A stretch of DNA of 64,000 nt from an uncultured Chloroflexia bacterium. Lineage in GTDB: Bacteria; Chloroflexota; Dehalococcoidia; DSTF01; JALHUB01. The position numbers and the translations under genes are program-made. A model generated the notes under the pieces. The model searched no databases. It saw only the letters and a program-made list of their open reading frames with translations, and was not told where the DNA came from. The DNA lies in NCBI GenBank assembly GCA_963703345.1, contig OY969814.1:2025462-2089461 (forward strand), in the 5' to 3' direction. This document shows, one piece after another, positions 46,605 to 55,645 of this stretch (positions are counted from its first letter, which is position 1; every line of letters starts with the position of its first letter).

Positions 46605-48962
46605 ATGGCGACAAAAGCTCACCCCGACTCCGTGCCCCTCTCCGACAACGCGCGCCTGGTACTCGAGCGGCGCTATCTGGCGAAGGACGAGCACGGGCGT
46701 ATCGTCGAGACGCCGGACCAGCTCTTCCGACGCGTCGCACACAACATCGCCGGCGCCGAAAGCGCGTACGGCGGTGCGCAGCAGGTGGACTTCTGGGAGC
46801 AGCGCTTCCACGAGGCGATGACCAGCCTGCGCTTCCTCCCCAACTCGCCGACGCTGGGGAATGCCGGTCAGCCGCTGCAGCAGCTCGCGGCCTGCTTCGT
46901 CCTGCCGGTCGAGGACTCGATGGAGGGCATCTTCGGCGCGATCTGCAACATGGCGGTGATCCACAAGAGCGGCGGCGGCACCGGCTTTTCGTTCAGTCGA
47001 TTGCGGCCGGCCGGCGACATGGTGCGCAGCACGGCGGGCCTGGCGAGCGGGCCGGTATCGTTCATGAAGGTCTTCGACGCGGCGACGGAAGCGATCAAGC
47101 AGGGCGGCACGCGTCGCGGCGCCAACATGGCGATCCTCAACGTCGAGCACCCGGACGTCGAGGAGTTCATCCGCATCAAGTCGGACATGGTGACGCTGAC
47201 GAACTTCAACATCTCGGTGGGGGTGAACGAGCGGTTCATGGAAGCCGTGGAGCGGGACGAGGAGTTCTCGCTCGTGAACCCGCGCACGCGGCGGCCGGTG
47301 GGCAAGCGACGGGCGCGCGCCGTGTTTCGCCTCATCGTCGAGAACGCCTGGGGGAACGGCGACCCCGGGCTCGTGTTCATCGACCGGGTGAACCGCGACA
47401 ATCCGACGCTGCGACTCGGACCCATCGAGGCGACGAACCCCTGCGGCGAGCAGCCGCTGCTGCCATACGAGTCGTGCACGTTGGGCTCGATCAACCTGTC
47501 GCGGTTCGTCAAGGAGGGCGCGCGCGAGGTTGATTGGGAGGCTCTGGCGGCGACGGTGCCGGTCTGCGTGCGCTTCCTGGATGACGTCATCGACGTGAAC
47601 CACTATCCGATGCCGGAGATAGCCGAGATGACGCTGAAGACGCGGAAGATCGGCCTCGGCGTGATGGGCTGGGCCGACCTCCTCTTCCAGCTTCGCATCC
47701 CCTACGACTCCGACGAGGCGCTGAAGCTGGGCGAGCATATGATGGCGTTCATCCAGGAGAAGGCGGACGCGGCTTCGGCGGAGCTGGCGCGGGAGCGGGG
47801 GACGTTCCCGGCATGGGAGGACAGCGTCTACGCGGCAGGGCGGGAGAGGCGGCCGCTGCGCAACTCGACGCGGACGACGGTGGCGCCGACGGGCACGCTT
47901 TCGATAATCGCCGACTGCTCGGGCGGCATTGAGCCGGTCTTCTCGCTGGCGTTCACGCGACAGCACTTCCTCGACCCGCACCATCCGAAGACGGCGACGA
48001 AGCTGACGGAGGTGAACAAGCAGTTCGAGCGCGTCGCGAAAGAGGAAGGCTTCTATTCGAAGAAGCTCATCGACGCACTCGCCGCCGGGGCGAGTCTCCG
48101 CGAGCAGGCGAAGGTGCCCGAGTGGGCAAAGGCGGTCTTCGTGTCGGCGCACGACGTCGCGCCGGAGTGGCACGTGCGGATGCAGGCGGCGTTCCAGCGC
48201 CACACGGACAACGCGGTGAGCAAGACGATCAACTTCCGTCAGGAGGCGACGCCGGACGACGTGGAGCGGGCGTACCTCCTCGCCTATCACGAGGGGTGCA
48301 AGGGGATCACGATCTATCGCGACGGGTCGCGGGAGATGCAGGTGCTGTCGCACACGACGGCGAAGGGCCCGGAGCAGCAGGAGGCGATAGCAGCGGAGCG
48401 GTCGCTGGGAGTGGCGGCGGGCCCGCCGTCGCTGCGGCCGGGCGAGCCGTACCGGCGCCGGCTGCCGGACCAAAGGGCGTCGCTGACGCACAAGTTCCAG
48501 GTGGGCGACCAGGAGGGGTATCTGACGGTCGGCCTGTACGACGACGGCAGCCCCGGCGAGGTGTTCGTCACGATCTCGAAAGAGGGGTCGACGATACGGG
48601 GGCTGATGGACTCGGTGGCGGTGCTGACGTCGCTGGCGCTGCAGTACGGCGTGCCGCTGGAGGACCTGGCGCGGAAGTTCGAAGGGACGCGCTTCGAGCC
48701 GTACGGGTTCACGAACAATCCCGACCTGCGGCAGGCGACGTCGCTGGTGGACTACATCTTCCGCTGGCTGGAGATGCGCTTCGGCGAGGGGAAGAAGGCG
48801 CCGCCGGCGAGCGGGTCGGCGCGCAGTCGCAAGAAGGGCGCCCCTCTGCCGGCGAGCGGGGACATCAGCACGGGGGTGGCGTGTCCGGACTGCGGGTCGC
48901 TGCTGGTGTTCGCGGAGGGGTGCCTGGCGTGTCGCTCCTGCGGGTATGAGCGGTGTGCTTAG
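46605..48962 (+). CDS. nrdJ: second, divergent class II (B12-dependent) ribonucleotide reductase paralog with C-terminal Cys4 zinc ribbon
   Basis: LPNSPTLGNAG...AACFVL, ATNPCGEQ, C-term CPDCGSLLVFAEGCLACRSCG; roughly 40-45% identical to the upstream NrdJ by eye; GGAGGTG RBS. Confidence 0.85.
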   Translation: MATKAHPDSVPLSDNARLVLERRYLAKDEHGRIVETPDQLFRRVAHNIAGAESAYGGAQQVDFWEQRFHEAMTSLRFLPNSPTLGNAGQPLQQLAACFVLPVEDSMEGIFGAICNMAVIHKSGGGTGFSFSRLRPAGDMVRSTAGLASGPVSFMKVFDAATEAIKQGGTRRGANMAILNVEHPDVEEFIRIKSDMVTLTNFNISVGVNERFMEAVERDEEFSLVNPRTRRPVGKRRARAVFRLIVENAWGNGDPGLVFIDRVNRDNPTLRLGPIEATNPCGEQPLLPYESCTLGSINLSRFVKEGAREVDWEALAATVPVCVRFLDDVIDVNHYPMPEIAEMTLKTRKIGLGVMGWADLLFQLRIPYDSDEALKLGEHMMAFIQEKADAASAELARERGTFPAWEDSVYAAGRERRPLRNSTRTTVAPTGTLSIIADCSGGIEPVFSLAFTRQHFLDPHHPKTATKLTEVNKQFERVAKEEGFYSKKLIDALAAGASLREQAKVPEWAKAVFVSAHDVAPEWHVRMQAAFQRHTDNAVSKTINFRQEATPDDVERAYLLAYHEGCKGITIYRDGSREMQVLSHTTAKGPEQQEAIAAERSLGVAAGPPSLRPGEPYRRRLPDQRASLTHKFQVGDQEGYLTVGLYDDGSPGEVFVTISKEGSTIRGLMDSVAVLTSLALQYGVPLEDLARKFEGTRFEPYGFTNNPDLRQATSLVDYIFRWLEMRFGEGKKAPPASGSARSRKKGAPLPASGDISTGVACPDCGSLLVFAEGCLACRSCGYERCA

Positions 48963-48975
48963 CCGGCAATGGCGT

Positions 48976-49142
48976 TCCTGGTTGCGTCCGCCTCCGGCGG
49001 ACGCGCGAAACCGCGCCGCTATTTGGAAGATCGCCTAATGTTACGTCGAAGTTCCATCCGACGTGCGAAACGGCAGTGCAAGGCGCGATGATCGCGTTCT
49101 TGTTGCGCTCCTCATCCGCCTGCGGCGGACTCGTCGCGCCGT
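48976..49142 (-). repeat. Interspersed GC-rich repeat, copy 5 (- orientation), beginning 14 nt after the nrdJ stop
   Basis: GGTTGCGTCCGCCTCCGGCGGACGC hairpin end identical to copy 2; body homologous, with one insertion in the core. Confidence 0.7.
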
Positions 49143-49172
49143 CCTGCAAAGTGACGTTCTGAAATCGAAAGG

Positions 49173-49865
49173 ATGTCGATGACAGCAGCAAGCGACATCG
49201 CCGACAACCTGCGGCGCGTGCAAGAGCGCATCGACGCCGCCTGCCGGCGCGCCGGACGCTCGCCTGCAGACGTCACCATCGTCGGCGTCAGCAAAGGCTT
49301 CCCTGTCGAGGCCGTCGTCGCTGCCTGGCAAGCCGGTCTGCGCGACGTCGGCGAGAACCGCGTCCAGGAGGCGGCCGCCAAGCTTCCGGCGGCGCTGGCC
49401 CGGGGCGCTACCTTCCGCCGACACCTCGTCGGCCACCTTCAGACCAACAAGGTAAAGACCGCACTCGATCTGTTTGATATAATCCATTCAGTGGACTCGC
49501 TGCGCCTCGCGGAGGCCATCAGCAGGACAGCCGGCAAGCCTGTGCGCGTCCTGCTGGAGGTGAACGTCGCGGCTGAAGAATCGAAGTACGGTCTGAAGCC
49601 GGACGACGTGCCACAGGCACTGGAGCGCGTTCGCTCTCTGCCGAACATCGACGTGGTAGGGCTGATGACGGTCGCGCCGGCGGCAGACGATCCGGAGAGC
49701 GCGCGACCGGTCTTCCGGCGACTGCGCGACCTGGCAGAGGCGCTCCGCCTGGCGGAGCTATCGATGGGGATGAGCGACGACTTCGAGGTCGCGGTGGAAG
49801 AGGGCGCGACGATGATAAGGATCGGACGCGCTATCTTTGGGCCACGGCCCGAGCGGAGTGAATGA
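49173..49865 (+). CDS. yggS: YggS-family pyridoxal-phosphate-binding protein (PLP homeostasis)
   Basis: TIVGVSKGFPVEAV...VGENRVQE alanine-racemase-N-terminal fold typical of YggS/YlmE. Confidence 0.85.
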   Translation: MSMTAASDIADNLRRVQERIDAACRRAGRSPADVTIVGVSKGFPVEAVVAAWQAGLRDVGENRVQEAAAKLPAALARGATFRRHLVGHLQTNKVKTALDLFDIIHSVDSLRLAEAISRTAGKPVRVLLEVNVAAEESKYGLKPDDVPQALERVRSLPNIDVVGLMTVAPAADDPESARPVFRRLRDLAEALRLAELSMGMSDDFEVAVEEGATMIRIGRAIFGPRPERSE

Positions 49866-50665
49866 TGAAGGTCGGATTCATAGGCGGCGGCAAGATGGCG
49901 GAGGCGCTCATAGGCGCCCTTCTCGTCAACGGCGTCTCCTCGCCGGAGGAGCTCGCGGTCGGCGAGCCGCTGCCCGCCCGGCGGCAGACGCTGGCGGAGG
50001 AGTATCGCGTCCAGGTCTCCGCGGACAACCGCAAGGCGATAGCGGGCGCTGAGCTCGTCGTCGTCGCCGTCAAGCCGAACCAGTTCAGCGCCGTCGCCGC
50101 GAATCTGCAGGGACGGCTCGCCGCCGAGCAGACGGTCGTTTCGATAATGGCCGGAATCACGCTGCAACGGCTGCGCGAAAGCCTTCGCCACGAGAGCGTG
50201 GTGCGGGTGATGCCGAATCCGCCGGCGCAGATCGGCGAGGGGATGAGCGTATGGATAGCGACGCCGGAGGTTGACGAGGAGGCGCGGCAGAGGGTGCGAC
50301 AGCTTCTCCAGGCGGCCGGCAAGGAGCTGTACGTCGAAGAGGAACGGTTCATCGACATGGCGACAGCCGTGTCGGGAAGCGGCGCCGGCTTCGTCTTCCT
50401 GCTCATCGAGGCGTTCATCGACGGCGCCGTGCACATCGGCCTGTCGCGGGACATGGCGCGCGAGCTGGTGGTCCAGACGTTCGGCGGTTCAGCGGCGCTG
50501 GTGGACCGCTCCGGCAAGTCGCCCGGCGACCTGCGGGCAATGACGACGACGCCCGGCGGGACTACCGCCGAAGGGCTGCTGGTGCTGGAAGAAGCGGGAA
50601 TCCGCGCCGCCGTAACCGAGGCGCTTATCGCGGCCTTCGAGAAATCGAAGGCTTTGGGAGGTTGA
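49865..50665 (+). CDS. proC: pyrroline-5-carboxylate reductase
   Basis: MKVGFIGGGKMAEALIGAL Rossmann N-terminus and P5CR dimerisation domain; ATGATGA overlap with yggS. Confidence 0.85.
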   Translation: MKVGFIGGGKMAEALIGALLVNGVSSPEELAVGEPLPARRQTLAEEYRVQVSADNRKAIAGAELVVVAVKPNQFSAVAANLQGRLAAEQTVVSIMAGITLQRLRESLRHESVVRVMPNPPAQIGEGMSVWIATPEVDEEARQRVRQLLQAAGKELYVEEERFIDMATAVSGSGAGFVFLLIEAFIDGAVHIGLSRDMARELVVQTFGGSAALVDRSGKSPGDLRAMTTTPGGTTAEGLLVLEEAGIRAAVTEALIAAFEKSKALGG

Positions 50666-50672
50666 GCAATTC

Positions 50673-50927
50673 ATGCTCTTTGTTAACTTTGTCAGAGTAT
50701 TCACCGACATCATGATCGCGGCGATATTCATCCGCGCGCTGCTGTCGTGGGTGACCAACGACCCGCGTAATCCGCTCGTCTCGGCGCTCGACCAGATAAC
50801 GGAGCCGATCCTGTCGCCGCTGCGCCGCGTAATGCCGAGAATGGGGATGTTCGACTTCACACCGATGGTCGCCATCTTCATCCTTTTCGCGATCCAGACC
50901 ATCGTCACCAGCGCTTATTCGGGATAG
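50673..50927 (+). CDS. yggT: YggT-family membrane protein
   Basis: Two-TM 84-aa protein; follows yggS as in ylm clusters; GGGAGGT RBS. Confidence 0.75.
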   Translation: MLFVNFVRVFTDIMIAAIFIRALLSWVTNDPRNPLVSALDQITEPILSPLRRVMPRMGMFDFTPMVAIFILFAIQTIVTSAYSG

Positions 50928-51192
50928 CGGCCGAAAGGCGGGCCCGCACCTCCTCCTCCGTTAGCCCCCCGACAGCGACGACCTTGTTGCGCTGCGTCTG
51001 ACCGACGACGAGCGTGAGGCGGCTTTGCGGCACGTCGAGGGTCCGTGCCAGCAAGCGGAGCAGCGCCTGATTGGCGCGACCTTCGACGGGCGGCGCAGCG
51101 ACGCGAACGCGCAGCACGCCCTCTTCCCAGCCGACGACCTGGTCTCGCGATGCCTTCGGCGTCAGTCGGACGGACAGTCGATATTCTGCCAT
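50905..51192 (-). CDS. DUF167 (YggU-like) protein
   Basis: LSVRLTPKASRDQVVGWEEGVLRVRVAAPPVEGRANQALLRLLA typical of DUF167; start set at MAEYRL (no obvious SD). Confidence 0.6.
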   Translation of the reverse strand: MAEYRLSVRLTPKASRDQVVGWEEGVLRVRVAAPPVEGRANQALLRLLARTLDVPQSRLTLVVGQTQRNKVVAVGGLTEEEVRARLSAAIPNKRW

Positions 51193-51239
51193 GCGGCCAT
51201 GATAGCAGAACGGGCCGGCGTCGCTGGCCAAAGAAAGTC

Positions 51240-51251
51240 GAACATTTTTTC
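51240..51251 (+). promoter_or_regulatory. Candidate LexA (Cheo-type) box GAAC-N4-TTTC upstream of the recA promoter
   Basis: CGAACATTTTTTCG differs by one base from the Gram-positive SOS box CGAAC-N4-GTTCG; lies ~20 nt upstream of the -35. Confidence 0.25.
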
Positions 51252-51271
51252 GCTTTTCGGGCGATTTTGTC

Positions 51272-51300
51272 TTGCCGAGGCCCTCAGCAGGTGCTATCAT
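51272..51300 (+). promoter_or_regulatory. recA promoter TTGCCG-17 nt-TATCAT
   Basis: Hexamers at consensus spacing ~60 nt upstream of the recA ATG. Confidence 0.4.
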
Positions 51301-51358
51301 TCCGGAGAATGATTGATTTGAGAAGTTTCCTTAGCTATTTCAGGCAGGAGGTTGGCGC

Positions 51359-52411
51359 ATGACTGACGGAGACAAGAGTCAGGCGCTGGAGATGGCCATC
51401 GGCCACATCGAGAAGCAGTTCGGCAGAGGCGCCATTATGCGCCTGGGCGAGGCGTCGGCGCACCTCCAGATCGAAGCGATTCCCACCGGATCGATTTCGC
51501 TGGATATGGCGCTCGGCATCGGCGGCATACCGCGCGGGCGGGTGACGGAGATATTCGGGCCGGAGTCGGCGGGCAAGTCGACGCTGGCGCAGCACATCAT
51601 CGCCGAGGCGCAGAAGACGGGCGGCACGGCGGCCTACATCGACGTCGAGCACGCCCTCGACCCGACCTACGCCGGGGCCTGCGGCATCAAGATCGACGAC
51701 CTGCTGGTGTCGCAGCCGGACACCGGCGAGCAGGCGCTGGAGATCACCGAGGCGCTGGTGCGCAGCAACGCCGTCGACGTCATCGTCATCGACAGCGTGG
51801 CCGCGCTGGTGCCGCGGGCGGAGATCGAAGGCGACATGGGCGATTCGCTTCCCGGCCTCCAGGCGCGGCTCATGTCGCAGGCGATGCGCAAGCTGTCGGC
51901 GGCGATCGCCCGCTCGCGCACGGCGGTCATTTTCATCAACCAGCTTCGCGAGAAGGTGGGCATCGTCTTCGGCAACCCGGAGGTGACGCCCGGCGGTCGC
52001 GCGCTCAAGTTCTACAGCTCCGTCCGCATCGACCTGCGGCGCATCGAGAGCCTGAAGCAGGGGCAGCAGTTCATCGGCAGCCGCGTGCGGGCGAAGGTCG
52101 TGAAGAACAAGGTCGCGCCGCCCTTCCGCCTGGCCGAGTTCGACATCATGTTCGTCGGCAAGGACCTGGGCATCAGCCGCCAGGGCGACATCCTGGACCT
52201 GGCGGTGGACATGGGCATTGTCAAGAAGATGGGCGCCTTCTTCAGCTACGGTGAGCAGCGCCTGGGGCAGGGCCGGGAGAACGCGAAGGACTTCCTGCGC
52301 GAGAACCCGGAGCTGACGAGTGAAATCGAGTCCAAGATCAGGAGCGGCAGCGGCAACGGTGTCGCAGCGCCGGCGCCGGAGCTGGAAGAGGCGACCGAGC
52401 CATCATTGTAA
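51359..52411 (+). CDS. recA: recombinase RecA
   Basis: [14 protein letters not shown] Walker A; IVIDSVAAL; typical length, no intein. Confidence 0.95.
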   Translation: MTDGDKSQALEMAIGHIEKQFGRGAIMRLGEASAHLQIEAIPTGSISLDMALGIGGIPRGRVTEIFGPESAGKSTLAQHIIAEAQKTGGTAAYIDVEHALDPTYAGACGIKIDDLLVSQPDTGEQALEITEALVRSNAVDVIVIDSVAALVPRAEIEGDMGDSLPGLQARLMSQAMRKLSAAIARSRTAVIFINQLREKVGIVFGNPEVTPGGRALKFYSSVRIDLRRIESLKQGQQFIGSRVRAKVVKNKVAPPFRLAEFDIMFVGKDLGISRQGDILDLAVDMGIVKKMGAFFSYGEQRLGQGRENAKDFLRENPELTSEIESKIRSGSGNGVAAPAPELEEATEPSL

Positions 52412-52433
52412 GGCATTCACGGTTTCGAACGAG

Positions 52434-52462
52434 GGGCCGGGCCGGCGGGGCGCGGCCCTTTT
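52434..52462 (+). terminator. GC hairpin plus TTTT between recA and recX (attenuator/terminator)
   Basis: GGGCCG...CGGCCC stem, 13-nt loop, followed by TTTT. Confidence 0.35.
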
Positions 52463-52481
52463 CACTTCAAGGAAGGCAATC

Positions 52482-53114
52482 GTGATCATCACCGGCGTGG
52501 AGCGGCAGCGAGGACGACGGCGCGTCAACGTGTTCGTCGACGGGCGGTACGCGCTGTCGCTGGGGCGCAGCTTCGCGCAGGAGAAGGGGCTGCACGCCAG
52601 CATGGCCATCGACGAGGCCGGGCTGCAGGAACTGCGCGTCGAGGATGAGCGCCGCGCCGCTTACGACGCCGCCATCCGTCTCCTCTCCTATCGACCACGC
52701 AGCGAACGGGAGATGCGCCAGCGCCTCCGTCGCCTCAACATCTCGCCTGAAGTGATCGATGAGACGGTGGCGAGGCTGCTGGCGTCGCACTACCTCGACG
52801 ACGCCGCCTTCGCCGAGTTCTGGCGCGAGAGCCGCGAGAACGTGAGCCCTCGCAGCGGCCGCCTCATCCGTAGCGAGCTCCTCTTCAAGGGCGTGAACGC
52901 GGACACAGCAACGACGGCGGTAGACGGCCTCGACGAGGAGGAGTCGGCGTACCGCGCGGCGTCGAAGCGGCTGAAGTCGCTGGCGGGCGCCGACTACGAC
53001 GGCTTCCGGCGACGTCTGGGCGGTTTCCTCACGCGGCGCGGCTTCGGCTACGAGACGGTGCGCCGGACGCTGGAGCGCTGCTGGCGAGAAACGGGCGCCG
53101 ACGCATTCTCCTAA
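52482..53114 (+). CDS. recX: recombination regulator RecX
   Basis: Three-helix-repeat protein downstream of recA; GTG start after AAGGAAGG. Confidence 0.75.
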   Translation: MIITGVERQRGRRRVNVFVDGRYALSLGRSFAQEKGLHASMAIDEAGLQELRVEDERRAAYDAAIRLLSYRPRSEREMRQRLRRLNISPEVIDETVARLLASHYLDDAAFAEFWRESRENVSPRSGRLIRSELLFKGVNADTATTAVDGLDEEESAYRAASKRLKSLAGADYDGFRRRLGGFLTRRGFGYETVRRTLERCWRETGADAFS

Positions 53115-53151
53115 ACGAGGTTTCTCCGACATCCAGCGAGCCCCGTTTTTC

Positions 53152-53180
53152 TTGACAGAGCGATTGGCTGAGCCTATCAT
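53152..53180 (+). promoter_or_regulatory. Promoter for rny: TTGACA-17 nt-TATCAT
   Basis: Consensus -35 and near-consensus -10. Confidence 0.45.
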
Positions 53181-53249
53181 GAGGGGCAGAAGTTCACCTT
53201 CTGAACCTTCACAATTTATCGGTTTTAGCTACAGGAAAGCGAGGTGACA

Positions 53250-54782
53250 ATGCCCGCAGCCATCGCGATTATCCTCGTTGGGATTCTAGCGCTGGCGGTC
53301 GGGGCTCTCGTTGGTTACAACACAAGGCTCAGGATCAATCAAACGCAGCTTGCCGCAGCGGAGCGGAATGCTGCCAAGATCCTTTCGGAGGCACAGACAA
53401 GACAAAAGGAGATCCTTCTAGAAGCCAAAGAGGAGGCTATGCGTGCCCGCGCTCAGGGCGAAACCGAGATCAGGGAACGGCGCTCTGAGCTGCAAAAGTC
53501 GGAACAACGCCTCACTCAAAAAGAAGAGAGCCTGGATCGCAAGATTGAGGCCCTGGAGCGTCGCACCACTGCCCTATCCGATCAGGAGAAGGCGCTGGAA
53601 ACAACGCGGCAGGAGCTCCAGGAGCTTCACCAGAAGCAATTAGCGGAGATAGAAAGAGTCTCCGGCCTCACCAGCCAGGAGGCCCGCGAAATCCTCCTCT
53701 CGGAAGTAGAGAAGGAGGTGCGGACCGAAGCCAACCGCAGGGTGAAACTGGTGGAGGCGGAGGTCAAAGAAGAGGGCGACGAGCGCGCCCGCAAGGTCCT
53801 TGTCGCCGCCATACAGCGGCTCAGTACTGACGTGACCTCGGAGTCCACCGTCAGCGTCGTCCCCATACCGAGCGACGACATGAAGGGCCGCATCATCGGT
53901 CGCGAGGGGCGCAACATACGCGCCCTGGAGGCGGCAACCGGCGTCGATCTCATCATCGACGACACGCCGGACGCCGTCACGCTGTCCGCCTTCGACCCGG
54001 TGCGCCGTGAGATCGCGCGCGTCGCCCTCACGCGCCTGGTGACGGATGGCCGGATCCACCCTACTCGGATAGAAGAGGTGGTAGAGAAGGCGCGCCAGGA
54101 GGTGGACGCCGACATCAAGCTGGCCGGCGAACAGGCGGCGGTGGACGCCGGCTGCCCCGGCCTGCACCCGGAGCTCTTGAAGACGCTCGGCCGGCTGCGT
54201 TACCGGACGAGCTACGGCCAGAACCAGCTGAAGCACGCCGTCGAATGCGCCCACGTCTGCGGCATGATTGCGGACGAGATCGGCGCCGACGTGCGGGTTT
54301 CCCGACGCGCCGGCCTCCTGCACGACATCGGCAAGGCGCTGGACCACGACATCGAGGGCACGCATGCCCTTCTTGGCGCGGACCTGCTGCGTCGATTCGG
54401 CATGAGCCCCGCCGTCGTGCACGCCGTAGCCGCGCACCACGAGGAGGAGGAGCCGCAGTCGGTGGAGGCGGTCATCGTTCAGGTGTCTGACTCCGTCAGC
54501 GGCGGACGTCCCGGAGCGCGGCGCGAGACGCTGGAGCACTACATCAAGCGAATGCAGTCGCTGGAGGCGGTCGCGCACGAGTTCAAGGGCGTCGAGAAAG
54601 CGTTCGCCATCCAGGCCGGCCGCGAGATCCGGATAATTGTAAAGCCGGAAGAGATCGACGACCTTGAGTCGATGCGGCTGGCGCGCGACATCAGTCGCAA
54701 GATCGAAGAGACGCTGGAATACCCCGGGCAGGTGAAGGTCACAGTCGTAAGGGAAACCCGAGCTGTGGAGTATGCCCGCTAG
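53250..54782 (+). CDS. rny: ribonuclease Y
   Basis: N-terminal TM helix, coiled-coil, KH domain (GRIIGREGRNIRALE), HD domain (HDIGKA...). Confidence 0.9.
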   Translation: MPAAIAIILVGILALAVGALVGYNTRLRINQTQLAAAERNAAKILSEAQTRQKEILLEAKEEAMRARAQGETEIRERRSELQKSEQRLTQKEESLDRKIEALERRTTALSDQEKALETTRQELQELHQKQLAEIERVSGLTSQEAREILLSEVEKEVRTEANRRVKLVEAEVKEEGDERARKVLVAAIQRLSTDVTSESTVSVVPIPSDDMKGRIIGREGRNIRALEAATGVDLIIDDTPDAVTLSAFDPVRREIARVALTRLVTDGRIHPTRIEEVVEKARQEVDADIKLAGEQAAVDAGCPGLHPELLKTLGRLRYRTSYGQNQLKHAVECAHVCGMIADEIGADVRVSRRAGLLHDIGKALDHDIEGTHALLGADLLRRFGMSPAVVHAVAAHHEEEEPQSVEAVIVQVSDSVSGGRPGARRETLEHYIKRMQSLEAVAHEFKGVEKAFAIQAGREIRIIVKPEEIDDLESMRLARDISRKIEETLEYPGQVKVTVVRETRAVEYAR

Positions 54783-54859
54783 CAAGAGAGGGAGCGGAGT
54801 CAGTCGCTAGAGGCGGCTAATCGAGGGATAGACCCGCTCCCTATCTCTGTGTCCGCGAG

Positions 54860-55645
54860 GTGCGCTTGAAGGTCCTGATGGTGGGAGACGCAGTGGGCCG
54901 GACCGGCCGCGAGGCGCTGGCGACGCTGCTACCCGCGCTCCGTCGCGAGCTGGCGGTCGATGTCGTCATCGCTAATGGCGAAAACGCCGCCGCCGGACGC
55001 GGCATAATGCCGAACGAGGCTGAGGAGTTCTTTCGCTGCGGCGTCGATGTAATCACCACGGGCAACCATGTCTGGGACCAGAAACAGATAATCCCCTACC
55101 TTGATTCCGGCGCGCCGATCCTGCGGCCGCTGAACTATCCGCCCGGCGTTCCCGGACGCGGCATTCTTCAGCAGGACGCCTTCACCATCATCAACCTGCA
55201 GGGACGCGTGTTCATGGTGGATATCGACGACCCGTTTCGAATCGTCGACCGGGCGCTGGCGGACCTTCGTGACGGCGCCGTCGTCATTGTCGACATGCAC
55301 GCGGAGGCGACGAGCGAGAAGATGGCGATGGGCTGGTATCTGGATGGGCGAGTGAGCGCGGTACTGGGGACGCACACGCATGTGCCGACGGCGGACGCGC
55401 GCGTTCTGCCTCGGGGAACGGCCTTCGTCTGCGACGTCGGCATGACGGGCGCGCGCGATTCCGTCATCGGCGACAACGTCGAAGGTGTGCTCCAGCGCTT
55501 CCTGACGGCGATGCCGGTGCGGTTGCAACCCGCAAGCGGGCCGGCAATTCTCAACTCCGTCCTGGTCGACATCGATGAGCAGACCGGGCGGGCGCGAAGC
55601 ATCGTCCGCGTGGATAGGGAAACCGGCGGTGACCAGCAGAGCTGA
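54860..55645 (+). CDS. ymdB: YmdB-family metallophosphoesterase (TIGR00282-like 2',3'-cyclic-nucleotide phosphodiesterase)
   Basis: VLMVGDAVGRTGR...VIANGENAAAGRG...DMHAEATSEK; conserved rny-ymdB adjacency. Confidence 0.8.
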   Translation: MRLKVLMVGDAVGRTGREALATLLPALRRELAVDVVIANGENAAAGRGIMPNEAEEFFRCGVDVITTGNHVWDQKQIIPYLDSGAPILRPLNYPPGVPGRGILQQDAFTIINLQGRVFMVDIDDPFRIVDRALADLRDGAVVIVDMHAEATSEKMAMGWYLDGRVSAVLGTHTHVPTADARVLPRGTAFVCDVGMTGARDSVIGDNVEGVLQRFLTAMPVRLQPASGPAILNSVLVDIDEQTGRARSIVRVDRETGGDQQS

